The notes under the pieces are model-generated. The model was not told the origin of the DNA. It saw nothing but the letters and a program-made list of their open reading frames with translations, and did no database searches. The position numbers were made by a program, and so were the translations under genes. Positions 1-10,168 of a stretch of DNA of 64,000 nucleotides are shown piece by piece; positions within the stretch are counted from its first letter, which is position 1, and each line of letters starts with the position of its first letter. Origin of the DNA: Vicinamibacterales bacterium (lineage in GTDB: Bacteria; Acidobacteriota; Vicinamibacteria; Vicinamibacterales; JAMQPK01); contig CAWBPA010000012.1 of assembly GCA_963790545.1 (NCBI GenBank), positions 6,461 to 70,460 of the forward strand, read 5' to 3'.

Positions 1-1
1 G

Positions 2-1462
2 CAGAGTGCCGGTCTGAGTGTCCTTCAGCTGCTGCCGCTCAACGAGACCGCGCGGGATGAGTTCTCGCCATATTCGCCGCTTACGGCGATGGCCCTCGAT
101 CCGCAGTTCATCAGTCTTCACGACGTCCAGGATTTCGCGGCCAGTGGCGGCGATGGATCGTTGAAGCCCGCGATCTGCCGCCGGTTGACCCACGCCCGTT
201 CGGCCGACCGCGTCGACTATTCCTGTGTGCGTGCGGCAAAAGAGGACGCGCTGAGACGCGCGTTCGATCTATTTCTGGATAACGAGTGGCGGGCGTCGAG
301 CTTGCGGGCGCAGGCGCTTCAGGAATACATCGTTCGTGAGTCGTGGTGGATTGAGGACTACTCGCTGTTCAGGGCAATCCGTGCCGCTGAACAGGAGCGC
401 GAGTGCCGAGCCTGGCCCGATCCACTTCGGCGTGCCGACCGAGATGCGCTCGCCGCCGCGCGCATCACCCTGGAGCGCGACGTGCTCTTCTATCAGTACC
501 TCCAGTGGATTGCCGAGGGCCAATGGCAAGCCGCACGACGAGCGGCGAGACCGCTGGCAATTTTTGGTGACTTCCCGTTCATGGTCACTGGTGACAGCGC
601 TGACGTCTGGAAACGCCAGGACGAGTTTCTGCTCGAGGCGACGGTCGGTGCACCCCCTGACGCCTTCAGTGAAACGGGCCAGGACTGGGGTTTACCACCC
701 TGCAACTGGGATGTGATGGCGGCGCGCGGCGACGAGTGGATCCGTCGGCGTGCACGCCGCATGGCCGCGCTTTTCGACGGCTATCGAGTCGACCATCTCG
801 TAGGCTTCTACCGAACCTACGTGCGTCCGCTCACCGGAGAGCCGTACTTTCTGCCAGGCACCGAACCGGCACAGCTTGCGCAGGGCGAACGGCTCATGCG
901 CATCTTTCTCGACTCCGGCGCTCACGTCATCGTCGAGGATCTGGGAAATGTGCCGACGTTCGTCCGTCAGTCAATCGCACGCTTGGGGCTGTCCGGGTAC
1001 CGCGTGTTGCGATGGGCGAAGGATTGGGAGTCACCCGGAGCGCCTTTCCACGACCCTGCGACGTATCCGTCCGCATCCGTGGCGATAACCGGGACGCACG
1101 ACACGGATACGCTCGCTGACTGGTGGGAAACGACCACGCCCGACGAGCGGGCCGATCTCGCATCCCTGCCAAGTATCGTGCGCCTTGTCGGCGGGCGACC
1201 AGACTTCGCGCCAATCGAGCTGAACGATGAAAACCGAGATACGTTGATCGAAGCGGTCTATGCCTCGGGTTCCGACTCGCTGATTCTCCCGATTCAGGAC
1301 GTCTTTGGTTGGCGCGAGCGAATCAACGAACCTGGGACCGTCGACGAGAGAAACTGGACGTTCAAGCTTCCCTGGCCGGTCGATCGATTCGAATCAGAAC
1401 CCGAAGCCCAGGCGTGCGCCGCGCGTTTGCGCGTCTGGGCCGAGCGGCACGGCCGACTCTGA
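2..1462 (+). CDS. malQ: 4-alpha-glucanotransferase (amylomaltase, GH77), 5'-truncated by window edge
   Basis: Frame is open from position 2 (LQLLPLNE...SPYSP); GH77 motifs GAPPDAFSETGQDWG, YRVDH, VEDLG, GTHD, INEPGT..NW. Confidence 0.93.
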   Translation, partial: QSAGLSVLQLLPLNETARDEFSPYSPLTAMALDPQFISLHDVQDFAASGGDGSLKPAICRRLTHARSADRVDYSCVRAAKEDALRRAFDLFLDNEWRASSLRAQALQEYIVRESWWIEDYSLFRAIRAAEQERECRAWPDPLRRADRDALAAARITLERDVLFYQYLQWIAEGQWQAARRAARPLAIFGDFPFMVTGDSADVWKRQDEFLLEATVGAPPDAFSETGQDWGLPPCNWDVMAARGDEWIRRRARRMAALFDGYRVDHLVGFYRTYVRPLTGEPYFLPGTEPAQLAQGERLMRIFLDSGAHVIVEDLGNVPTFVRQSIARLGLSGYRVLRWAKDWESPGAPFHDPATYPSASVAITGTHDTDTLADWWETTTPDERADLASLPSIVRLVGGRPDFAPIELNDENRDTLIEAVYASGSDSLILPIQDVFGWRERINEPGTVDERNWTFKLPWPVDRFESEPEAQACAARLRVWAERHGRL

Positions 1463-1469
1463 CAACGAC

Positions 1470-1562
1470 TCAACGCAGAGAGCGCAGAGGTCGCTGAGGT
1501 TCGCAGAGGACCTTAACAAAGGATCTCTGTGTCCTCCGCGGTCTCAGCGTCCTCAGCGTTGA
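1470..1562. repeat. Palindrome made of tandem 9-mers (CGCAGAGnn) between convergent genes
   Basis: tcaacgcagagagcgcagaggtcgctgagg...ctccgcggtctcagcgtcctcagcgttga; a half copy lies at about 50928-50946. Confidence 0.8.
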
Positions 1563-1572
1563 ATTCTCTCCC

Positions 1573-3129
1573 TCACCTTGAGCTGGTCGGCGGCGGTGGT
1601 GACGGCAGCGGTTTGCGTGGAAGCAGGTCGTCGCGGTTGGCCGTATGGTAGACAAACGATGCAACGATTGCGGCGTTCTGGACGAGATCGGATGCCTGAA
1701 TCCGCTCGAAAAGATCCAGGTTCGAATGATGCGTGCGGGTCGAATATTCGATGGGATCCTGGATGAACTGAAAGCCCGGGAGACCGACAGCATCGAATGA
1801 GGTGTGATCGGTGCCCCTCGTACCGCGAATCGCCAGGGTCTTCATCCCCACGTTGGCAAAAGGCGCCATCCATTTCTGAAAGATTGGCGCGAGCGCCTCG
1901 TTTCCTTCCAGATAGACCCCACGGATCGCACCGGTCCCGTTATCGAGGTTGTAGTACGCCGAGAGTCGGCTGTGATCCGGCTTGAGCTGCATGGTCCGTC
2001 GATCGGCAAAGTGCTCTTTCACGTACGCGGCCGAACCGAGCAGCCCTTGTTCCTCGCCGGTCCACAAGGCGATCCGCACGGTCCTCCTCATCTTGAGCCC
2101 CGTTGTCTTGAGGATCCGCATCACTTCCAGCATGACCGCCGCGCCGGCCGCGTTGTCGGTCGCACCAGTACCGGCGTGCCACGAATCGAAGTGTGCCCCA
2201 ACCATCACGAGCTCCGAGGCTTTGTCGGTGCCGGGAATGTCGCCAACAATCGTAAAGGAGTTCAGATCCTCATCGTGAAACCGATTCCGGATGTCCAGTT
2301 CCAGCGTGACGGGGATCTGTTTTTGAAGTGTCCGCGCGATCCGCCCGTAGTGCTCGACGGACAGGACGACCTGTACGGGAACTCGCGTATCGGGCGACTG
2401 TCGGATATCGCCGCCCAGCACGAACACGGCGTTTCCATTTCCACGACTCGGCTCGAGCACCCCTCCGACCCCCTCATCGACGAAGAACTGCAGGCGCCGT
2501 CGCGCAAAGCTCTGCTCCGTTGCCCCTCCGCCGCGCCCGCCACCGGCCGCACGGCCGGCCGGTTGTTTCGCCAGTTTCTCGAGTTCTTCGTTGCTGTACC
2601 GTCGCCCGAGCGGCTCGAGTGAAGCTGCCACGGCGCCTGGTGCCGTCATCAAGACGAATTTGCCGCGCAGCTTGCCGCGCCAGACGTCGAAGTCTCGTTC
2701 CGACGCGATGGGTGCCAGCACGGCCTCGCCAGTGACCGGCCCATCGGTGCCCGGTGTGTACGCCTTGGGATAGCCAATCAACGGATATGGTTGTGGCTCA
2801 ATCACGTGGGCTGAAAACCGTTCGTTCGACCAGCCTTTGCCGAATGGGCCCCACGGCTCGAGCCCGGCGGAGCCGATCCCCCATTCACGCATTTTCAGGA
2901 CGGCATAGTTCGCGGCGTTCTTGATGTTGGGTGATCCCGTCACCCGTGGCCCATACACGTCCGTGAGGTAACTCAAGACGTCCATGAGCTGGGAGCGCTG
3001 GAAGGCTTCCTCCTTTATTACGCTCACCGCGGCGAGATCGGCTTGGTCCTGTCCTTGCGCGCTTGCAAAGATGCCGGCAAGCGTCAACGCCATGACGAGC
3101 CCGAACAATCTTGCGCGGTTCGGCGTCAT
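1573..3129 (-). CDS. Secreted M28-family metallopeptidase (carboxypeptidase Q-like, PA insert)
   Basis: Signal peptide; zinc-ligand motifs AHFDSW, TDNAAG, GEEQG, LDNG, THH. Confidence 0.88.
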   Translation of the reverse strand: MTPNRARLFGLVMALTLAGIFASAQGQDQADLAAVSVIKEEAFQRSQLMDVLSYLTDVYGPRVTGSPNIKNAANYAVLKMREWGIGSAGLEPWGPFGKGWSNERFSAHVIEPQPYPLIGYPKAYTPGTDGPVTGEAVLAPIASERDFDVWRGKLRGKFVLMTAPGAVAASLEPLGRRYSNEELEKLAKQPAGRAAGGGRGGGATEQSFARRRLQFFVDEGVGGVLEPSRGNGNAVFVLGGDIRQSPDTRVPVQVVLSVEHYGRIARTLQKQIPVTLELDIRNRFHDEDLNSFTIVGDIPGTDKASELVMVGAHFDSWHAGTGATDNAAGAAVMLEVMRILKTTGLKMRRTVRIALWTGEEQGLLGSAAYVKEHFADRRTMQLKPDHSRLSAYYNLDNGTGAIRGVYLEGNEALAPIFQKWMAPFANVGMKTLAIRGTRGTDHTSFDAVGLPGFQFIQDPIEYSTRTHHSNLDLFERIQASDLVQNAAIVASFVYHTANRDDLLPRKPLPSPPPPTSSR

Positions 3130-3425
3130 CGATACCTCGAGCGTTGCGAGAGTGACACAACAGTCCTGAATTTAGCGGAAGGTTCGATGAAAGAACTGTA
3201 TCACACGCTTTCAATCGACCGCCTTGGCTTTACAGAATTCGCCGAGCCGCTGACGTTCTTGTAAGCGAGGCAGCATTTCAGCGACGATCTTGATCCTGCC
3301 TGGCGGTCCGCGTCTTGCTGCAAATAGCCATGCCAATGACACTTGTTGACAACGATTCACACCGATGCATCCCGATTGCGAAACGGTACGGTTCGCGCAT
3401 GCTCGCGGGGGTTTAAGAGGCTCCC

Positions 3426-5810
3426 ATGGATCCAGCTGTCGCCCGCGCCTCAACCCCGGCAGCTGTCCTCTTCGAGGACGGCCTTGGTGTCCGGCGCCAC
3501 ATTCTCGACCAGGCCACGAATGAAACGCTGGAAATGCTTTGCCTCCGGGGCGAGCTGACAGCGGTTCCATCCTTTGAGTTCGCACTCCGCGAACGTGTCA
3601 GCCGACTGGCAAACTTTCGTCATGCCTATTACGGCCGCGTCCGGCGCGTCGATCGGCTGACGGATCAAGGAGCCACGCTGGCCCTCGTGTCCGACTGCAC
3701 GCAGGGCGCGCGGCTATCAGAAATATTGATGGTGGCCGAGCGCCGGCGACTGGCACTCGACATCAACGCGGCCTTGTGCCTCATTCGCCAGCTCGTGCCG
3801 GCCGTTGCGATGCTTCATCAGAATGCGCGCGATGTGGCTCACGGCGCCATGGGTCCCGAGCGCGTTGTCGTCACGCCGCACGCGCGTCTGGTGATTGTCG
3901 ACTACGTCCTCGGGGCGGCGCTCGAACAGCTTCGCTATTCCCACGAGCGCTACTGGAAGGAATTTCGGATTGCCCTCCCGCGATCGGCGGGGCTTCCGCG
4001 ATTCGACCATCGCGCCGATGTCACGCAGATTGGCATCGTCGCTCTGTCCCTGATTCTTGGCCGTCCGCTGAAAGATGACGAGTATCCGGCGAGAATTGGA
4101 GATGTCGTCGCATCTGCGACGGCAATGTCGGCGCTCGGTGGCCGGGAACCGGTCACGCCGGCCCTTCGGTCGTGGCTGGCTCGTGCCCTCCAAATCGATC
4201 TCCGCAATTCGTTCACGTCGGCGCTCGAAGCGCAGGCTGCACTGGATGACGTGCTGTCGGACGACAGCGGATACATCGCGGCGCCGGTTGCCCTGGAGGC
4301 ATTCCTGGCGCGGTTTCATGCCTGCGCCGAACCGCCGGCTAAGCCGTTGGCACCAACGCCTGTCTCCGCCGATGCAAGTTCTCTTTTGAACGTACACGCC
4401 ACACCAAAGGAGTCCCGAAAGCCAGAAGCCATCCCTGTCTCGACGCCCGAGCCCCGGCCAGTCGCCCGGGAGTCGTTGTCGTCCTATGAGGCCAAGCGCG
4501 TGCCTGACGCGCAAAGGGAGCGGGATCCTCATCCGATTCAGGAGACTCGGCCGGCTGCGGAAGCTCGTCCGACGACAGACGCGCGCAAGAGTCCCACACA
4601 GGATCTTCGATCGACTTATTACGCCGGACCGACGGGTAGCTACGGCGTGCCTAGTGCCGAAACCGATATCACTCCGATGGCCGATTCCGTGACCCCGTCG
4701 GGGTTGCCGTCGATCGAATCCTTGTTGGCGTCGTCCAAAGCCCGGACGGATCCTCAGAGCGGGCACTTCCAACCGTCGCACGACCCGTTGACACCTGTTG
4801 ACCCGTCGTCCATCTATCCGGAGGCAGAGGAAGAACCTCGTGCTCCTACGCAGCGCAACTGGAAGCTGCTGTCGGTCGCGGCCGCGGTGTTGATTGTCCT
4901 GGTCGGTGGAGGGATATTCGCTTTCCAGTACTTCAATTCGCCGGTGACCATCGGGGCCAGTGTCGGCACGCTTATCGTGGACTCGAATCCTCCTGGTGTG
5001 CAGGTCGTGGTCGACGGTGAGGCTCGTGGGAGCACACCGGTGACGCTCACGCTCAAAGCGGGTGCGCACACGCTGGAGCTGCGTGGCGAAGGAGAGCCTC
5101 GAGTGATCCCGCTCATCGTCGCCGCGGGCGCGCAGGTTTCGCAGTACATCGAGTTACCAAAGACCGGCCCGTCGCCTGGTCAACTAGTGGTGCGGAGCGA
5201 ACCTTCGGGCGCGCGAATCAGCATTGACGGTCAGTCCCGAGGCGTTTCACCGATGACCATCGGCGATCTGGAGCCTGGTGAACACGAAGTGGTCCTCGAA
5301 AGCGATCTCGGATCGGTCCGACAGAAGGTCGTCATCGAGGCCGGAGCTACGGCATCACTCGTCGTGCCGCTATCGGCTCCGACCGGGGCTCCGCTTTCTG
5401 GTTGGGTGTCCGTCTCGGCGCCGGTCGAAGTTCAGCTGTTTGAAGACGGACGCCTGCTGGGGACGAGTCGAAGCGATCGGATCATGGTGGCTGCAGGTCG
5501 CCATGACATTGAAGTGGTGAACGAGGCGCTGGCCTATCGCGTGGTCCGGAGCGTTCTGGTTCCGCCAGGGCGTATGGCCTCGATCTCGATCGAGCTGCCG
5601 AAGGGAACATTGGCGCTCAATGCCATTCCCTGGGCTGAGGTCTGGGTGGATGGGGACCGCGTGGGCGAGACGCCGATCGGAAATTTGCCCATTTCAATGG
5701 GACCTCACGAGGTCGTGTTTCGGCACCCGGAATTCGGTGAGCAGCGACACGCTGTGACTGTCAAGGGTGGTGGGCCGGTCCGGATGAGCGTTGATTTGAG
5801 GAAGAAATGA
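3426..5810 (+). CDS. Membrane protein: N-terminal pseudokinase, Pro-rich linker, TM helix, multiple PEGA domains
   Basis: Degenerate kinase motifs (HGAMGPER, DYV, DHRADVTQIG); TM LLSVAAAVLIVLVGGGIF; PEGA repeats (SNPPGVQVVVDG..GSTP, SEPSGARISIDG..SP, PWAEVWVDG..GETP). Confidence 0.82.
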   Translation: MDPAVARASTPAAVLFEDGLGVRRHILDQATNETLEMLCLRGELTAVPSFEFALRERVSRLANFRHAYYGRVRRVDRLTDQGATLALVSDCTQGARLSEILMVAERRRLALDINAALCLIRQLVPAVAMLHQNARDVAHGAMGPERVVVTPHARLVIVDYVLGAALEQLRYSHERYWKEFRIALPRSAGLPRFDHRADVTQIGIVALSLILGRPLKDDEYPARIGDVVASATAMSALGGREPVTPALRSWLARALQIDLRNSFTSALEAQAALDDVLSDDSGYIAAPVALEAFLARFHACAEPPAKPLAPTPVSADASSLLNVHATPKESRKPEAIPVSTPEPRPVARESLSSYEAKRVPDAQRERDPHPIQETRPAAEARPTTDARKSPTQDLRSTYYAGPTGSYGVPSAETDITPMADSVTPSGLPSIESLLASSKARTDPQSGHFQPSHDPLTPVDPSSIYPEAEEEPRAPTQRNWKLLSVAAAVLIVLVGGGIFAFQYFNSPVTIGASVGTLIVDSNPPGVQVVVDGEARGSTPVTLTLKAGAHTLELRGEGEPRVIPLIVAAGAQVSQYIELPKTGPSPGQLVVRSEPSGARISIDGQSRGVSPMTIGDLEPGEHEVVLESDLGSVRQKVVIEAGATASLVVPLSAPTGAPLSGWVSVSAPVEVQLFEDGRLLGTSRSDRIMVAAGRHDIEVVNEALAYRVVRSVLVPPGRMASISIELPKGTLALNAIPWAEVWVDGDRVGETPIGNLPISMGPHEVVFRHPEFGEQRHAVTVKGGGPVRMSVDLRKK

Positions 5811-6730
5811 TACTGCGAGCCCGTCGCTCGGTTGCATCGTGTCTCACGGCCGTCATCGTGGCGGTGTGGGTCGTTCCCATGTCGGCACAGGAATCCCTCA
5901 ACGCTGCGCGTGACCTCTATGCAGCTGCCGCGTATGAAGAGGCGCTGGACGTGTTGAACCGCCTTCGGGCGCGTGACCGATCTGAAGGTGACAGCCGGAC
6001 GATCGAACAATACCGTGCCTTCTGTCTGCTTGCTCTCGGGCGCCCCGAAGAGGCAGAACGGGCCATCGAAGCGGTGGTAGCCGCTGAACCTTCCTATTCC
6101 CCGTCCGCGAGCGACGCCTCGCCGCGTGTCCGCGCGGCGTTTACGGACGTGCGGCGCCGAATGCTTCCTCTCATCGTCCAGCAGAAGTACGCGCAGGCGA
6201 AGGCAGCCTTTGATCGAAAGGAATTCGGGACGGCCGCCATGCAATTCAAGCACGTGCTGGACGTGTTTGCCGATCCCGACCTGGGTGGTGCCGCCACGCG
6301 CCCCCCGCTGTCGGACCTTCGGACGCTGAGCGTAGGCTTCCATGAGCTCAGCCTATCGGCTGCGGTGCCCCCACAGCCGGCGCCACCTCCTCCTGTGCCA
6401 CAAACCGTTGTCGTGCCGCCGCCCGCTCCGGTGGTCGGTCAGATTTATGGTCCGGCCGACGGGACTGTCGTTCCGCCAATCGCGATACGTCAATCTCTGC
6501 CGCCTCATACGAAACCACGCTCGGCAACCGCTCGCGGTCTTCTCGAGGTCGTGATCGATGAGCGCGGGGAGGTCGAATCGGCGGTCATGCGTCTTCCCGT
6601 GGATCAGGCGTATGACAAGACGGCCGTGGCTGCCACAAAATCATGGCGCTACACACCCGCGACCCTGAGCGGGGTCCCGGTGAAGTTCCGCAAAGTGATC
6701 CAGATCACACTCGAGCCACAACAACGGTAG
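5807..6730 (+). CDS. Secreted TPR-like protein with Pro-rich linker and C-terminal TonB_C domain
   Basis: ATGA overlap with upstream gene; signal peptide; helical repeats; VVIDERGEV...SWRYTPATLSGVPV. Confidence 0.78.
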   Translation: MILRARRSVASCLTAVIVAVWVVPMSAQESLNAARDLYAAAAYEEALDVLNRLRARDRSEGDSRTIEQYRAFCLLALGRPEEAERAIEAVVAAEPSYSPSASDASPRVRAAFTDVRRRMLPLIVQQKYAQAKAAFDRKEFGTAAMQFKHVLDVFADPDLGGAATRPPLSDLRTLSVGFHELSLSAAVPPQPAPPPPVPQTVVVPPPAPVVGQIYGPADGTVVPPIAIRQSLPPHTKPRSATARGLLEVVIDERGEVESAVMRLPVDQAYDKTAVAATKSWRYTPATLSGVPVKFRKVIQITLEPQQR

Positions 6731-6843
6731 TCCCCGCTTCGTTCGGCCCTCCTCACGGCTGGCTTGTGTTGGGGCCCTCAGAACCGCCGCGTTGATCGCG
6801 CGATCCGCGTTGATCCGCGTCCGGCCTTGTATAATCCGACAAC

Positions 6844-8100
6844 ATGGCAAGCCTTGTTCCCTTCCGCGCCTTGCGTCCGTTGCCCGAGGCAGCTCGGCAT
6901 GTTGCCGCAGTCCCTTACGACGTTGTGACGACTGAGGAAGCGCGCGCGCTGGCAGTCAGCAATCCTCTGAGCTTTCTCCATGTCTCGCGTGCAGAAATCG
7001 ACCTTCCACATGGAACCGATCCGCACTCACCCAGCGTGTATGCGACGGCAGCCACCCGGTTCGAGGCGTTGAAACGCGATGCACCCCTCGTGCGTGAAGA
7101 GACGCCCTCACTCTACCTGTATCGTCTTCGAGTTGGCGCCCACGAGCAGGTTGGCACGGCAGGCTGCTACGCTCTCGACGAATACGATCGGGACGTCATC
7201 AGGAAGCATGAACGCACCCGACGCGACAAAGAGGACGATCGGACGAGTCACATGATCGCGCTTCGCGCACAGACAGGCCCGGTGTTTCTCACGTATCGGG
7301 CTTCCGCAGATGTCGATGCTATGGCAAGGGACGTCATGCGTGAGGATCCGTTGTTCGACTTCACTGCGGCCGACGGCGTACAGCACACCATGTGGCGTGT
7401 ACCGTCCCGCGATGAACAAACCCTCGTCTCTGCGTTCCAGCGCGTCCCGGCGCTCTATATCGCCGATGGCCACCATCGAGCGGCCAGTGCTGCACGTGCG
7501 CGACACACACTCCGTCAGCAGGAACAGGAGACTGGAGCAGGAGCCGTCGCAACGGCTGTCGCGGCGCAGGTGCGGCCCTTTGACAGCTTCCTGGGCGTGG
7601 CATTTCCCGATGCACAGGTGCGCATTCTTTCCTATAACCGCGCGGTGAAAGGCCTGAACGGCCTCGAGCTCGACGCTTTTGTGAACGCGGTCAAGCAACG
7701 ATTCCATGTCTCACCTGGAACGGCGTCCCCGCAAAGCAAGGGTGAGATCACGATGTACGTAGGGAAACAGTGGTACGCGTTGCGGGCCCGCGAACAAAGT
7801 GGAACCGAAGACGCGATCGCCGCCCTCGACGTCAGCGTCCTACAGGACCGGCTGCTCGATCAGGTGCTCGGAATTCGAGACATCCGGACCGACCCGCGTG
7901 TCGAGTTCATTGGGGGGACGCGTGGCACCGAGGCCCTCGTCAAGCTGGTTGACGAGGGTCGGGCGTCGGTCGCATTCTCGATGTTCCCGGTCAGTGTGGC
8001 CGAGTTGATGGCCATTTCGGATGCCGGGCACATCATGCCGCCCAAATCCACGTGGTTCGATCCGAAGCTGCGTGACGGGCTCTTGATCCATGAAATCTAG
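6844..8100 (+). CDS. DUF1015 family protein
   Basis: PYDV, HERT, YIADGHHR, MPPKSTWFDPKLRDGL motifs; adjacent to serC. Confidence 0.9.
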   Translation: MASLVPFRALRPLPEAARHVAAVPYDVVTTEEARALAVSNPLSFLHVSRAEIDLPHGTDPHSPSVYATAATRFEALKRDAPLVREETPSLYLYRLRVGAHEQVGTAGCYALDEYDRDVIRKHERTRRDKEDDRTSHMIALRAQTGPVFLTYRASADVDAMARDVMREDPLFDFTAADGVQHTMWRVPSRDEQTLVSAFQRVPALYIADGHHRAASAARARHTLRQQEQETGAGAVATAVAAQVRPFDSFLGVAFPDAQVRILSYNRAVKGLNGLELDAFVNAVKQRFHVSPGTASPQSKGEITMYVGKQWYALRAREQSGTEDAIAALDVSVLQDRLLDQVLGIRDIRTDPRVEFIGGTRGTEALVKLVDEGRASVAFSMFPVSVAELMAISDAGHIMPPKSTWFDPKLRDGLLIHEI

Positions 8101-9208
8101 CGCGGCGCCGCCTCCAGCGCCAGAAAGTCTCCGCGTCTACAACTTCAGCTCGGGCCCTGCCGTGCTGCCTGTGCCTGTATTGGAAGAAGCGCAACGTGAT
8201 CTCGTGGCGCTGCCGGGCATTGGGATGTCGATCCTGGAAATCAGCCATCGCTCGGCTGCCTTTGAAGGGATCATTCGGGCCGCAGAAGCCAATCTTCGTC
8301 TGTTGGCCGGGATTCCCGAGAGTCACGCTGTCCTCTTCCTGCAGGGAGGAGCCAGCCTCCAGTTCTCGATGGTCCCGATGAACCTGCTCACTTCGGGCCG
8401 AACGGCTGACTACATTCTGACGGGATCGTGGTCGCAGAAAGCGGCCAGGGAAGCACGTCGTGTCGGGACGGTTCACGTTGCGGCAACAACGGAAGCCGAC
8501 AAATTCAATCGAATCCCTACCGCGCGCGAGCTCACGCTGACGCCTCACGCCGGGTACGTCCACATTACGTCGAACAATACGATTGAAGGCACGGCCTGGG
8601 GTTCGCTGCCGGATGTCGGAACGGTGCCCCTCGTCAGCGACTCATCGTCAGACATGTTGAGCGGCCCGATCGATATCACCCGTTACGGTCTGATCTACGC
8701 TGGCGCGCAGAAGAATCTCGGTCCGGCTGGTGTGACGGTTGTCGTGATGCGGAAAGATCTGCTCGAGCGATCGTCGCCAGACTTGCATACGATGCTCAGC
8801 TACAAGGCGCACGCGTCTGAACATTCCCTCTACAACACACCACCCGTCTTTGCGATCTATGTCCTTGGCCTTGTCACACAGTGGCTTCTTGCTCGCGGTG
8901 GTCTCCACGTGATGCGTGCGGCCAATGAGCGTAAGGCCGCAAAGCTCTACACCGAGATCGATCGGTCAGGGTTCTATCGTGGCACCGCAGAACGCGAGAG
9001 CCGATCGATGATGAACGTCACGTTCCGGCTGCACAGCGAAAGTCTGGAAAAGCGATTCGTCGCGGAGGCAACTGCAGCCGGTTTGGATGGGCTCGCCGGG
9101 CACCGCTCCGTGGGCGGGATGCGTGCGTCGCTGTACAACGCGTTCCCCGAAGATGGCGTGGACACCCTCGTGCAATTCATGCAGCAGTTCGAACAGCGAA
9201 ACGGCTGA
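8090..9208 (+). CDS. serC: Phosphoserine aminotransferase
   Basis: NFSSGPAVLP, LQGGASLQF, GAQKN (PLP lysine), YNTPP, GHRSVGGMRASLYNA. Confidence 0.97.
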   Translation: MKSSAAPPPAPESLRVYNFSSGPAVLPVPVLEEAQRDLVALPGIGMSILEISHRSAAFEGIIRAAEANLRLLAGIPESHAVLFLQGGASLQFSMVPMNLLTSGRTADYILTGSWSQKAAREARRVGTVHVAATTEADKFNRIPTARELTLTPHAGYVHITSNNTIEGTAWGSLPDVGTVPLVSDSSSDMLSGPIDITRYGLIYAGAQKNLGPAGVTVVVMRKDLLERSSPDLHTMLSYKAHASEHSLYNTPPVFAIYVLGLVTQWLLARGGLHVMRAANERKAAKLYTEIDRSGFYRGTAERESRSMMNVTFRLHSESLEKRFVAEATAAGLDGLAGHRSVGGMRASLYNAFPEDGVDTLVQFMQQFEQRNG

Positions 9209-9341
9209 TACCAGCCCTGTTAAAGCCCGAAGGTCAAGAGACCGAATACTTTAGGGTAGGGAAGGCAGGGCATGGTAAACTCATATGTTTTTGTCAGGCA
9301 CGTTCGTCCTGCCGGTTCAGTTCCCTGACAAGGAGGCGTGA

Positions 9342-10079
9342 GTGTTCTCTCCGCTCGTGTGGAGTCTGATTGTTTCGGTGTTGGTGCTGCAGGCGGCCGT
9401 GTTCAGCACCACGATTTATCTGCATCGTGCCGCGACGCATCGAGCGCTGACACTGCATCCCGCTGTCGCATGGGCGTTCCGGTTCACGCTCTGGATCACG
9501 ACCGGAATGGTGGCGAAGGAGTGGGTTGCCGTACACCGCAAACATCACGCGTTCACCGAAGAAGACGGCGATCCTCACAGTCCTCACCTCAAAGGCTTCT
9601 GGCACGTGCAGCTCGGCAACGTCTTCTATTACGTCAAGGAAGCGAAGAATCCAGAAACGGTTGAAAAGTACGCCAAGGACATCAAAGACGATGCCTGGGA
9701 TCGATATTTCTTCAACTATGGTGCGATAGGGCCGCTCGTGGGAATGGTGGCCCTCTGTCTGGTGCTGGGTTTCTGGTGGGGTCTGTTCGCGGCGGCATTC
9801 CACGCGGTCATGTACGTTTTCGTGCTCTCATCGTCCATCAACGGTCTCTGTCATCACGTCGGCTACAAGAACTTCGACAACACGGCGACCAACATCCGTT
9901 TCATTGCACTGCTGACTGGTGGCGAGGGGCTTCACAACAACCACCACGGCTTTCCTCGAAGTCCCAAGTTCAGTTTCAAAACCTCAGAGATCGATCCAGC
10001 ATGGCCCGTCATCAAACTACTGATCTTGCTCGGGCTCGCTCAGCCTCAGAAAACGATCAACGAAGCAAGAACCGTTTAA
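9342..10079 (+). CDS. Acyl-CoA/fatty acid desaturase
   Basis: His boxes HRAATH, HRKHH, HNNHH; DPHSP; AAGGAGG RBS upstream. Confidence 0.9.
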   Translation: MFSPLVWSLIVSVLVLQAAVFSTTIYLHRAATHRALTLHPAVAWAFRFTLWITTGMVAKEWVAVHRKHHAFTEEDGDPHSPHLKGFWHVQLGNVFYYVKEAKNPETVEKYAKDIKDDAWDRYFFNYGAIGPLVGMVALCLVLGFWWGLFAAAFHAVMYVFVLSSSINGLCHHVGYKNFDNTATNIRFIALLTGGEGLHNNHHGFPRSPKFSFKTSEIDPAWPVIKLLILLGLAQPQKTINEARTV

Positions 10080-10165
10080 GGTTCTAAGGTTCTAAGGTTC
10101 TAGGGTTCTAAAGTTCTTCCTCCCGAACCTGGCACCCCAGAACCCTAGAACCCTAGAACCCTGAG
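10075..10165. repeat. Palindrome of tandem 8-mers (GGTTCTAR / CTAGAACC) between convergent genes
   Basis: ggttctaaggttctaaggttctagggttcta ... cagaaccctagaaccctagaaccctg. Confidence 0.85.
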
Positions 10166-10168
10166 TCT

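Noticed and set aside
3320-3398. Sigma54 promoters in the peptidase/PEGA divergent gap
   Set aside because: The minus-strand site has GG-N11-GC spacing, and the plus-strand site (CGGTACGGTTCGCGC) lacks TTGC
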